Below are positions 27,936 to 35,917 of a DNA stretch of 64,000 bases, in pieces. The translations under genes were made by a program, and so were the position numbers. Within the stretch, counting starts at the first letter, position 1. Every line of letters begins with the position of its first letter. Below the pieces are notes generated by a model that was given only the letters and a program-made list of their open reading frames with translations, was not told where the DNA came from and searched no databases. This DNA comes from an uncultured Eubacteriales bacterium (GTDB lineage Bacteria; Bacillota; Clostridia; Peptostreptococcales; Anaerovoracaceae), in contig CACYHR010000007.1 of assembly GCA_902774265.1 (NCBI GenBank), positions 6,141 through 70,140 on the forward strand, given 5' to 3'.

Positions 27936-28922
27936 TTAAAGTTTTTCTGCTGTGTTTACACTATCTGCTGCATCATATGCTTCTGACGATCTCACTACCG
28001 TCCTGATCACATATTGCGGATTCTGGTTGAGACTGAGATATATCCTTCCGATATATTCTCCTATCACGCCAAGCACCATCATTATCATTCCCCCGATAAG
28101 TATCTGTGTTGCTATCATTGATGTCCATCCCAGCGCAATATCATCTCTTGTAAGTTTGATTATGACCAGTATGATAACTATCACAAATGCTGCTATAGCC
28201 ATCAGCATCCCGAGAATAACTGCCAGTCTCAGCGGCTTGACCGAAAAGGTCGTCAGTCCGTTGACCCATGTTGAGAGCAGTTTCTTCAGATTATAACCCG
28301 AACTGCCGGCTGCCCTGTTCTTTTGATCCACATCCACATTGCCAATATTGAATGTGGTCCTCAGCAGCAGCCCTTCCATATGCGGATATGCATTGTTGTA
28401 TCGGATTATTTCATCGATCACGAATCTCTTCGCCAGAAAATAAACTGATGTGTTCACTCCTTCCGGTTTTTCCATGCATATCCTGACAAGAGTGTCATTC
28501 GCCTTGCTTCCCAGCTTTCTGAATACGCTGCGGCGGCCTCTGTCCTGATAATTCGCGCAGACCACATCATAATTACCCTCGATCATGTGATCGTAAAATC
28601 TGAATACAGTCTCTATAGGAGTCTGTCCGTCATCATCGCTTACGGCTACAAGTTCTCCCCTTGTATATCTGAGCCCTGCCATGATTGCGCACTGCTGTCC
28701 GCTGTTTTTGGCAAGGTCTATGCCTGTTATATTGTCATACTGTTTCATCAGTTCCTGTATTGTATTCCAGGTTCCGTCCGGTGAACAGTCATTTACCAGT
28801 ATGATCTCCGATTCAAAACCATCATGGCTCTTTACGGTTTCTTCGATAGTTTTTACTACTCCCCCCAGAGTGTCCTGAGACCTGTAGCAGGGGATCACAA
28901 AAGATATCAGCATTATTATCAA
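27936..28922 (-). CDS. GT2 polyprenyl-phosphate glycosyltransferase (GtrB/CsbB/ArnC type), copy b
   Basis: Motifs SFVIPCYRS, ILVNDCSPDG and VAVSDDDGQ, plus a C-terminal two-TM hairpin ending GVIGEYIGRIY. Confidence 0.85.
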   Translation of the reverse strand: MIIMLISFVIPCYRSQDTLGGVVKTIEETVKSHDGFESEIILVNDCSPDGTWNTIQELMKQYDNITGIDLAKNSGQQCAIMAGLRYTRGELVAVSDDDGQTPIETVFRFYDHMIEGNYDVVCANYQDRGRRSVFRKLGSKANDTLVRICMEKPEGVNTSVYFLAKRFVIDEIIRYNNAYPHMEGLLLRTTFNIGNVDVDQKNRAAGSSGYNLKKLLSTWVNGLTTFSVKPLRLAVILGMLMAIAAFVIVIILVIIKLTRDDIALGWTSMIATQILIGGMIMMVLGVIGEYIGRIYLSLNQNPQYVIRTVVRSSEAYDAADSVNTAEKL

Positions 28923-28925
28923 CCT

Positions 28926-30029
28926 CTAGAATTTAAATATATAGTATCCGTGTCTGTTCGAACTGTCGGTAACGATATCGGCAAAATCCGTGTCTATATG
29001 TTCCCTGAGTATCGTTCCGGGATGTTCCTGTTTGAATTTTTCATATTCTACCACATCATCCGCATCCATAATGAAGTTGACGCCGGCAAATTCTCTGCGG
29101 CTGATCTGCGGTATCTCCGGTTCGTTCCCCATAGCAACATCTATAACCGCTCTGACATAATCATAGCCCGTGGATAATTCAACAAGATCGCTTCCGATGA
29201 AATCTCCTCCCATTCTTCCGCCGATCTCAATTATACGTATATTGTCGCCGTCTATCTTGATCTCGATATGTGCTGCTCCGTTTTCCAGGCCGAGCGTATC
29301 AAGAGCATGTTCTGATATGGCCTTTATATGTTCAACAGTATCATCATCAAGAGGAGCAGGCTCTCTGTGTCCGGTCTCTATAAAGTAAGGTGCTCCTGTT
29401 GTGATCTTTTGCGTTGCAGAAATAAACCAGTGCTTTCCTTTGAAAGAAATATACTCTATGCTGTATTCATCACCTGACACAAATTCCTCTACTACGGCCC
29501 TGTTCTCAAAACTGTATTCTCTTGCCTTGAAAATAGCGTTCCTGAGCTGCTTCAGATTGTTTACCTTGTGCACACCGCGGCTCCCGCTTCGGTCTGTCGG
29601 CTTGACGATAAGCGGATAGTTCAGATCTATTGCTGCGGGATCCGTGGAAGCGTCCACCAGCATGCTTCTCGGACTCGGATCGCCTGCAGCCTCAAACGCC
29701 TTTCTCATCCAGTGTTTATTGGTGCTGATCTTCGTTGCTTCTATCGTATTGCCGGGGAGACCCATTTTTTCTGCTATATAATTTACTGTCTCCATTGCGA
29801 GATCGGATGCTATACTGACTATTCCGTCTATTCCTATCTCTCTGCATTTTTCGAGGATCTCGTCTTTTTCCCTTATGCTTATCGGATAAAAATAATCTGC
29901 TATCTCTTCACCCGGATCTCCGGCTGCCCATGCGAAAACATGCGTCTCCAGACCCATTTCCTTAGCTTTGATTATTGAAGGCTCCTGAAACAATGCGGCT
30001 CCGATTATCGCAATTTTTTTCTTCTCCAT
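28926..30029 (-). CDS. ATP-grasp domain ligase (paralog 3)
   Basis: Motifs KKIAIIGAALFQEPSIIKAKEMG, LIVKPTDRSGSRGVHKV, VVEEFVSGDEYS and IIEIGGRMGG. I prefer the ATG at 30029 (GGGGGAG upstream) over the track start at 30101. Confidence 0.8.
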   Translation of the reverse strand: MEKKKIAIIGAALFQEPSIIKAKEMGLETHVFAWAAGDPGEEIADYFYPISIREKDEILEKCREIGIDGIVSIASDLAMETVNYIAEKMGLPGNTIEATKISTNKHWMRKAFEAAGDPSPRSMLVDASTDPAAIDLNYPLIVKPTDRSGSRGVHKVNNLKQLRNAIFKAREYSFENRAVVEEFVSGDEYSIEYISFKGKHWFISATQKITTGAPYFIETGHREPAPLDDDTVEHIKAISEHALDTLGLENGAAHIEIKIDGDNIRIIEIGGRMGGDFIGSDLVELSTGYDYVRAVIDVAMGNEPEIPQISRREFAGVNFIMDADDVVEYEKFKQEHPGTILREHIDTDFADIVTDSSNRHGYYIFKF

Positions 30030-30114
30030 CTGTTCTCCCCCTTCCTGGCAAGATTCTATCATATTGCGGACAGCTCTGCAGAGATGTACGGAATTTCTCA
30101 TAAAATAATCACAT

Positions 30115-31365
30115 TTAATGCTGTCTCATTATCCTGTGCAGTACGCGCTCCGATGCGTGCCCGTCATCGAGAGGGCAGTATCTGCTGCAGAATTCCTCAT
30201 ATTTCTCATCCGGTGTCCAGTCCTCTGTATCTTTTACTGCCTTTATGAGATCAGCCTCGTTCTGAACGATCTCTCCCGGCAGTTCATCGAGCGAGATGTA
30301 AAATCCCCTCAGCTCATTTTTGTATTGCTCCAGATCGTACATGAAAAAGATCACAGGTTTTCTCAGTATGGAATAATCAAAGAAAACGCTGGAATAGTCT
30401 GTAATCAGAATATCCGCTGCAATATAAAGATCGTTGATGTCGCTGTAGCCCGAAACATCGCGCACAAAATCTCCGTATCTGTCGAAATCGAAGCTGTTCG
30501 CTACCAGGTAGTGCGCTCTGAAGAGTATCACATATTCATCGCCGAGCTCTTTTTTGAGCCTGTCAAAATCGACTTCGGTCTTATATGTGTAGCCCTCCCC
30601 GCTGGTGTGCTGATTATCTCTCCATGTCGGCGCGTAAAGTATGCATTTCCTGCCCTCGACACCCAGTTTCTGTCTCAGGACGATGCGTTCCTCTTCTGTT
30701 GTGAGCGATAGTCTGTCATTTCGCGGATAACCCTCTTCGATTATCTTATTCATCTGCCCGGTTCTGACCAGATTCCATGCACTTGCGAATTTCTCAGTCG
30801 TAAAAGGCGACGGCGAAAGAAGATACGAGAACTTCTTCGCGTCAGTCCTGTATTTGCTGTGTATCTCCGCCAGAGAATTCATGGAGTTATCGCTCTCTGT
30901 CAGATCGTAGCCCAGCTTTTTGAGAGGGGTTCCGTGCCAGCACTGGACGTATATCTGATCCCTGCGCGGATACTGATGATCCAGCATCCTGTAATTCGAG
31001 ATCCAGTACTTCGCTGTCCTAAGGGCTATATTGTCCTCTCTCGTCCTGAATTTTACTATCCGGGTCCTCTCATTCGCGAGGAAATCGTATTTTTCCGGCT
31101 CTTTAAAGCTCCAGACGAAGCTGAAATCTCTGTATTCGGGAGCTTTCATCATGTATTCATACATCGCCTTGGGTGAATCGCTGTAACCGCGGCCGGAAAA
31201 AGTCTGGAAATAGACAAGCCTGTCGTCGGTTTTGCCGAAGGGTCTGTCGGCGACCATTTTGGCATGATAAAACTTATCTCTTCCGGTTCTTGCAGCTATG
31301 CGGAATGTCCGGTTCTTTTTCGCCAGATCAAATATCTTTTTTTTGATTATGTATGCTAATCTCAT
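30115..31365 (-). CDS. CDP-glycerol glycerophosphotransferase family protein, TagB-like (short type)
   Basis: Motifs YSDSPKAMYEY, QCWHGTPLKKLGYD, LYAPTWRD and ITDYSSVFFDYSILRKPVIFFMYDLEQY. Paralog of 38902..40164. Confidence 0.85.
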   Translation of the reverse strand: MRLAYIIKKKIFDLAKKNRTFRIAARTGRDKFYHAKMVADRPFGKTDDRLVYFQTFSGRGYSDSPKAMYEYMMKAPEYRDFSFVWSFKEPEKYDFLANERTRIVKFRTREDNIALRTAKYWISNYRMLDHQYPRRDQIYVQCWHGTPLKKLGYDLTESDNSMNSLAEIHSKYRTDAKKFSYLLSPSPFTTEKFASAWNLVRTGQMNKIIEEGYPRNDRLSLTTEEERIVLRQKLGVEGRKCILYAPTWRDNQHTSGEGYTYKTEVDFDRLKKELGDEYVILFRAHYLVANSFDFDRYGDFVRDVSGYSDINDLYIAADILITDYSSVFFDYSILRKPVIFFMYDLEQYKNELRGFYISLDELPGEIVQNEADLIKAVKDTEDWTPDEKYEEFCSRYCPLDDGHASERVLHRIMRQH

Positions 31366-31376
31366 TTTATTATTCT

Positions 31377-32546
31377 CTACTGCGCATCAGGATTATTCAT
31401 TTCTTCTGCTTCTCCGCTTACTATGCGTATGAAATTATCCATAGTGATCTTTCCGCTTATCTTCAGTCTGTTTACAGCATATCTGTCATCAGATCTGAGA
31501 GCATAATAGAACGGACGGTATGCAAATGCCATCTTGTATCCGCTGTCTTTGAGAGCTCTCTGCATCTTCTTCGAATATGTCCCCCATGGATATGCGAGAT
31601 ATCTGAAACCGAATTTGTCGCACTTTTTGCAGTCTTCAACGATCTGCTCATATGTAAATCCCTTGGCAGGCTTCTTTCCGTCTACCCTGTTATGCATATC
31701 ATATGTGTGGCTCTCAAATGAGAATCTCGGATATTCGGTCCTCATTTTTTCGATAACATCCTGCCTGACATAATGATCTTTAGGCGCGTCCGGATCAAAT
31801 TCATCAGTAACGCCTTCCGAGTTTTTGCCGATACAGAATACCGTGGCGGCCTGATCGTATTTCTTTATGATAGGATATGCCAGATAATATGTCCCGTAGA
31901 ATCCGTCGTCAAAAGTAACCATAACAGTCTTGACCGGGAACTCCTTTTTGCCTTTGTGCCACTGATAAAATTCGTCCGGAGTAATGGTCTTATATCCGTT
32001 ATCATGCAGATACTTCATATGTTCCTCAAAGGTATCTTCGGTTACAAGCAGTGTCGAAGTAAATGTATGGCCCTTTGGTATTATCTTGTGATATGTAATG
32101 ATAGGTATCTTCTGAGCGTATTTTGCAGTTTCGTACTCTGCGCTGACCTCCTCGGATGCCTCTCCTTCTGTTGCCTTGTGTGTCAGAGGATTCCTGTTTA
32201 ACGGTACTACTTTGAAGCTGTAAGGTTTATCATGCTCATAGTCCTTATATTTCCAGGATGTTGTCTCTTTGCCGTCCAGGGTGTCCGCCTTAATAAAGTC
32301 TCCCCCGTCAGACACATAAATATCATATCCGTCTGCATGCCCGGCAATGTCCCAGCTGAGTTTTATCCGCGCAAAGGTCGCCTTGGCGCTGAGACCCTGC
32401 ACCTGTTCCGGCTCAGCGTTATTATAAATAAAGAATATCGCAGCAGCGAGTACTACAGCTGCCGCAGCACATATCGCTATGAATCTCTTGAGTATACGGT
32501 TTTTACTTGTCTGTCTTTTCTTTTCCACTGCCATTAGATCATCCAC
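31377..32546 (-). CDS. Secreted polysaccharide deacetylase (CE4/NodB) with N-terminal FN3-like module
   Basis: TM anchor. FN3-like ARIKLSWDIAGHADGYDIYVSDGG...SFKVVPL. NodB motifs VTFDDGF, SHTYDMH and RYLAYPWG. Confidence 0.85.
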   Translation of the reverse strand: MDDLMAVEKKRQTSKNRILKRFIAICAAAAVVLAAAIFFIYNNAEPEQVQGLSAKATFARIKLSWDIAGHADGYDIYVSDGGDFIKADTLDGKETTSWKYKDYEHDKPYSFKVVPLNRNPLTHKATEGEASEEVSAEYETAKYAQKIPIITYHKIIPKGHTFTSTLLVTEDTFEEHMKYLHDNGYKTITPDEFYQWHKGKKEFPVKTVMVTFDDGFYGTYYLAYPIIKKYDQAATVFCIGKNSEGVTDEFDPDAPKDHYVRQDVIEKMRTEYPRFSFESHTYDMHNRVDGKKPAKGFTYEQIVEDCKKCDKFGFRYLAYPWGTYSKKMQRALKDSGYKMAFAYRPFYYALRSDDRYAVNRLKISGKITMDNFIRIVSGEAEEMNNPDAQ

Positions 32547-32610
32547 TTCCTTAGATTATAAAACTTCTCAGCAGGCTCTCTGAACATTCATATGATTCCG
32601 TATGTCTGTT

Positions 32611-34737
32611 CTAAGAAGCCTGCTTAATCTCATATATGTCAACATCATCGTTTGTATAGCACAGACTGTAGTCGCCGTTTGTCAGATCCTCTGCATCCGT
32701 AAACCTCTTGGAAACTACCACGTAATCGACGCCCAGCTCTCTTGCCTCTTCGCCGCGGTCTTCGTTTTCCGGATCGTACAGTTCCATATTCTTTTCGATC
32801 ATATCCCTTCGCAGCGTCCATTCCGCAGCAGGCAGATTGTAGCCCGAACCCGAAATATAGCTGTATCTGTTGGCATAGACCGGATAGAGGAAGAATCTGT
32901 TATCCCAGCGGTTCTCGTAGGAATACTTTTTGAGAGATACGCTGTAATATCTGTCGGTAGCCAGCAGCGCATCTTCGTCGGTATTGTTTTCGAGCCATTC
33001 CATAGCCTGATATTCATCATTGCTGATGCTGAGATATTTGTTATATGTCCTGCCCGGATCTGCAGCCTCAACCGCATTACCGATATGTCTGCAATAATAA
33101 ACTCCAAGTGACGCTGTCGTAAGCACGAGGCATATGCACATACATCCGGCACATATCTTAAATACCGTCCCGGATCTGCCCGGTTCCGGAGATTCCGCCT
33201 TGTCCTCCATATCCTCCATGAACCAGTAGGCTACCACCGGCGCGAGAAAAACCGTGACCAGTCCGAAATACACCTGGCTGTGTCCGCTGTAATTGAGGAG
33301 GAACATTGCGATAAAACCGACTGCACACTCAGCGTAGACCAGCACTCTTGCAGGTTCATATGCTTTTCGTCCGCTCAGCACCATGAAAAGCTCCCTTATA
33401 TAGCCTATGCAGAACGGCAGGAAGTACACCGTAAAGAAAAAGATCAGGAATACGACCATTACCATCATCAGTCTGACGGAATACGGCATCCCTATCGATT
33501 TGAGGAATTCTATAAGAGGTTTCTTCCAGAACGCGATGTTGCTGATGCTCGCAAAGGATATAATGGAGTTTCCTCCGCCGTTGGTCTGACCCTTGGAACC
33601 GAGTACGGTGAAATATACCAGTACGAATCCGCAGGTGTATGCCATCAGCGGCAATATCGATCTGAGCGGCATCTTCCTCATGATCATGCCGAGTAAAAAT
33701 GTACCCCAGAGCGCGCCGACAGTGACTGCACCCATCGGTCCCTTGATCCCTGTAGTCAGCATTATGAACAGCAGACAGATAATACCTTCGATCCGGTGCT
33801 TTTTATCCCCTGCCTCAAAGGAGCCGTACCATTTATCAAAGATCACTATGGTCATCAGCACAGCCGCGATACCGTAACCGGCAGAATTGTCATTTTCGAG
33901 TATGAATTTGAAGGCGAGCGATGATCTGAGATTTCTCGTCATATATATATTGGACAGGAGAAGGATCATACAGTACAATCCCGCTCTTTCTTTTTTTTCA
34001 GTCATCTCAGTGAAAAAGCTGCAGAGAGATATACCGAAAGTGAATGCCGTCATAAGAGGTCCGAACGAAAAGCTGACGAAATCTGTCTCAAGACCGAAGA
34101 GCCTTACCGGAATCGAAAACAGCATTTCACCGAAAATATGATATGTTATGATCCTCCCGTTTATCCATGGACTCTCCAGCGGATAATCGTGAGAGAGCGA
34201 GTTTACAAGCCCAAGGTGGTATGCCTTGTCGGGATTCATGTATGTAAAATCGCTCAGTTCAGGAGCCAGATACTGATACTGTGTATCAAGCAGACAGTAA
34301 AGCAGTATCAGCGCCATGAATACGCAGAACCAGACATCCGTCTCCAGGGGCTTCCATCCCCTGAACGGATCTTCTGAGCGGTCCCTGATTATCTTTACAA
34401 GATAGATTCCAGACAGCAGCGGACATACTGTATACAACAGTATATTGCTGCCGGTCAGGTCATTGATAAAATACAGTATAAGATCGATGCTCCAGCCGGC
34501 GAAAAGTGCCAGGGCAAGCGTCGTGATGCGCTGACCTTTGTCCAGTCCCGCTGCTTTGATGATCAGCAGACCCGGCAGAATCATGTATACAAGTAAAAAT
34601 AATACCATTACAGCATATCCGGGCACGGATGCCCCGTAAACCGTTATGCTGATGACGATCATTGCCGCAGCTGCGGCAATGCACAGTATCCTTATTATAT
34701 TCTGTATTCTGTTTTGCTGATCGCTGAGTGTATTCAT
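32611..34737 (-). CDS. Large polytopic membrane protein with a ~200-aa C-terminal extracytoplasmic domain (GT-C-like candidate transferase)
   Basis: 708 aa with about 13-15 TM, then a soluble tail (DEYQAMEWLENNTDEDALLATDRYYS...VDYVVVSKRF). The architecture resembles GT-C enzymes, but I cannot see a diagnostic motif. Confidence 0.5.
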   Translation of the reverse strand: MNTLSDQQNRIQNIIRILCIAAAAAMIVISITVYGASVPGYAVMVLFLLVYMILPGLLIIKAAGLDKGQRITTLALALFAGWSIDLILYFINDLTGSNILLYTVCPLLSGIYLVKIIRDRSEDPFRGWKPLETDVWFCVFMALILLYCLLDTQYQYLAPELSDFTYMNPDKAYHLGLVNSLSHDYPLESPWINGRIITYHIFGEMLFSIPVRLFGLETDFVSFSFGPLMTAFTFGISLCSFFTEMTEKKERAGLYCMILLLSNIYMTRNLRSSLAFKFILENDNSAGYGIAAVLMTIVIFDKWYGSFEAGDKKHRIEGIICLLFIMLTTGIKGPMGAVTVGALWGTFLLGMIMRKMPLRSILPLMAYTCGFVLVYFTVLGSKGQTNGGGNSIISFASISNIAFWKKPLIEFLKSIGMPYSVRLMMVMVVFLIFFFTVYFLPFCIGYIRELFMVLSGRKAYEPARVLVYAECAVGFIAMFLLNYSGHSQVYFGLVTVFLAPVVAYWFMEDMEDKAESPEPGRSGTVFKICAGCMCICLVLTTASLGVYYCRHIGNAVEAADPGRTYNKYLSISNDEYQAMEWLENNTDEDALLATDRYYSVSLKKYSYENRWDNRFFLYPVYANRYSYISGSGYNLPAAEWTLRRDMIEKNMELYDPENEDRGEEARELGVDYVVVSKRFTDAEDLTNGDYSLCYTNDDVDIYEIKQAS

Positions 34738-34780
34738 AATTATCCTGTTTTATTACCGGCTGCGCACGATGAAACACAGC

Positions 34781-35869
34781 TTAATGAAGCAGTAACTCGA
34801 TAAAATCTGCAAGCTGTCCGGTGCAGTTCTCCGTGTCGATATCGATATATTTATCTCTGAAACGCCGCAGAGCATCGATATCGTAAGGCTTTTCAAGAGC
34901 ATCCGCCAGCTTCTCTGCGTCGGTGAATACATAATCTCTGATAGACTCTTTCTCAAAATCCATATTGAGACCTGTCGTCTCTCTGTATGACTCTATATCA
35001 TATGTATACAGATACATCGGCTTGTCTGCCAGACTGGCTTCGACGACAAGCGACGAGTAATCACTGATAATAATATCAGCAGCGGCCAGCAGATCATAGG
35101 TAGGAATATCGTCTTCGTATATTATGTTTTCAGCCTGCGGAAGATCTCCTTCCGCTCTGTACAGAGGATGCATCCGCACCAGCAGTTCATATTCCGACGG
35201 ATCAAGCGATTCCGCAAGGCCCTTCACATCGGGAATGCTTCCTTTATGGAAGGTCGGCGCGTACAGAACGGTTTTTTTGCTTTGACCGGCAAGCTGAGGA
35301 TGCTTTCTGTATATTTCTGAAAGGGCTCTGTCCCTTCCTCCGCCGTGTGTCACATCCATAATGTAATCAATCCTCGGCAGTCCGCACTTGATCACACGGT
35401 TTCTGTCTGTCCTGAATGCTTCCGAAAAATATTCTGCTGTGACATCGCTGCAGCTGACGAAGCGGTCATACCCCCTGTGCATATGCATCAGCTTTGCCGT
35501 TCTCAGAGCTGTTCCGTCAGGCATTCCGACTGTCTGCCAGCCGAACTTTTTGACTGCGCTCAGAGCATGCCACATCTGTATTACTTTTGTCTTTTTCAGA
35601 TGCGGAAGCATACTGGCAGGGATGCAGTATGTGTCAAGCACAACAACATCCGCACTCAGAATGCTGATTTCCTGTCTTATGACATGACCTATATACCCGA
35701 GCGCTTTGACATAACTGTCTTTGGTGAGAAGCCTCGATAGAGTAGTTACTCTGATGCCTCTTCTCAGAAGCTCCTCTTCGAGCATACGTACATCAAGAGT
35801 CTTATCGTTGCTTTCACGGCTTATTATAGCCACATGACCCTTTTTATTTTTACCGTGCTGCTTATTCAC
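34781..35869 (-). CDS. CDP-glycerol glycerophosphotransferase family protein (short, divergent)
   Basis: 362 aa. Motifs QMWHALSAVKKFG, LYAPTFHKG and ISDYSSLVVEASLADKPMYLYTYDIESY. GTG start. Confidence 0.75.
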   Translation of the reverse strand: MNKQHGKNKKGHVAIISRESNDKTLDVRMLEEELLRRGIRVTTLSRLLTKDSYVKALGYIGHVIRQEISILSADVVVLDTYCIPASMLPHLKKTKVIQMWHALSAVKKFGWQTVGMPDGTALRTAKLMHMHRGYDRFVSCSDVTAEYFSEAFRTDRNRVIKCGLPRIDYIMDVTHGGGRDRALSEIYRKHPQLAGQSKKTVLYAPTFHKGSIPDVKGLAESLDPSEYELLVRMHPLYRAEGDLPQAENIIYEDDIPTYDLLAAADIIISDYSSLVVEASLADKPMYLYTYDIESYRETTGLNMDFEKESIRDYVFTDAEKLADALEKPYDIDALRRFRDKYIDIDTENCTGQLADFIELLLH

Positions 35870-35900
35870 CTTGATCCCGTCCTTAATCTACGGAAAATAA

Positions 35901-35917
35901 CCGGTGTCTGTTATTTT
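35901..35917. repeat. 17-nt fragment identical to the right end of repeat copy B
   Basis: ccggtgtctgttatttt is identical to 23115..23131. In both places the embedded tta is the stop codon (minus-strand TAA) of the upstream gene, in the same register. Confidence 0.6.
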
